Below, piece after piece: positions 63,672 to 64,000 of a stretch of DNA of 64,000 nucleotides. The stretch is from Pseudogymnoascus verrucosus (Eukaryota): assembly GCA_001662655.1 (NCBI GenBank), contig KV460251.1; one strand, 5' to 3'. Numbering within the stretch: the first letter of the stretch is position 1; every line of letters starts with the position of its first letter. Below the pieces are notes generated by a model. The model did no database searches and was not told the origin of the DNA. It saw only the letters and a program-made list of their open reading frames with translations. A program made the translations under genes and the position numbers.

Positions 63672-64000
63672 TTATACATGATGTGAACAAGCACCTCCTT
63701 CTTCAGTTTTGCTAGCCTCATTCATCGGAGAAGGGTTGTCCTCGTCCTTGGGCCTCGGCTCGAGATTCGAGCCGTCTTTTTGCGCTTCACCTCCACAAGG
63801 TTCTTGCTCCGGAAACACTAAAATGCTCTCGTGGAGAGAAGTGTGGATCTGCGCAGATAGTCTTTCCAGATATGGATGGCGAAGGACCTCACCAATAGAG
63901 CATATCTTGGCCTTTTCCGTCTTGTAGCCCTCGAGCATCGGCGATACTGGTCCCTTCGGCTCAGGCGGGCATCCGCAAGATCCTAGATCTGCAGCACACT
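63672..64000 (-). CDS. Probable 3' end of a gene starting beyond the window; product unknown
   Basis: The frame is open from the window edge to the stop at 63672; no recognisable motif. Confidence 0.35.
   Translation of the reverse strand, partial: CAADLGSCGCPPEPKGPVSPMLEGYKTEKAKICSIGEVLRHPYLERLSAQIHTSLHESILVFPEQEPCGGEAQKDGSNLEPRPKDEDNPSPMNEASKTEEGGACSHHV

Noticed and set aside
40030..64000. Calling the accessory region a Starship
   Set aside because: No DUF3435 tyrosine recombinase or definable termini within the window; kept only as a hypothesis.

Overview
Intron-rich DNA from a filamentous ascomycete (Leotiomycete-like by inference). The window has two parts. About 1-39.6 kb is a compact block of mostly conserved genes: HOG1 MAPK (3' part), cullin-1, TatD/Scn1, a Myb-like protein, IRC3 helicase, RRG7, MED21, SDT1, a KH-domain protein, a SUR7/PalI protein, an F-box-like protein, a 66-aa membrane microprotein missed by the ORF track, eIF3g, mitochondrial Hsp70, a DUF2415 protein and a Zn2Cys6 factor. 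After an AT-rich tract at about 40 kb the window becomes accessory-like. It holds decayed genes (FAD oxidoreductase, fructosamine-kinase relic, F-box), an intact spliced gene for a degenerate RNase III-like plus dsRBD protein, and a three-gene module (MFS anion permease, AlcR-like Zn2Cys6 regulator, 3-hydroxyacyl-CoA dehydrogenase). Both target promoters of that module carry clustered CGGATCCG palindromes. It also holds a candidate mini-Helitron and a head-to-head HET / HeLo-like-ankyrin pair. Four same-orientation copies of a degenerate non-coding repeat sit between these modules. All gene models and family calls were made by eye, with no database searches. No rRNA, tRNA or CRISPR was recognised.
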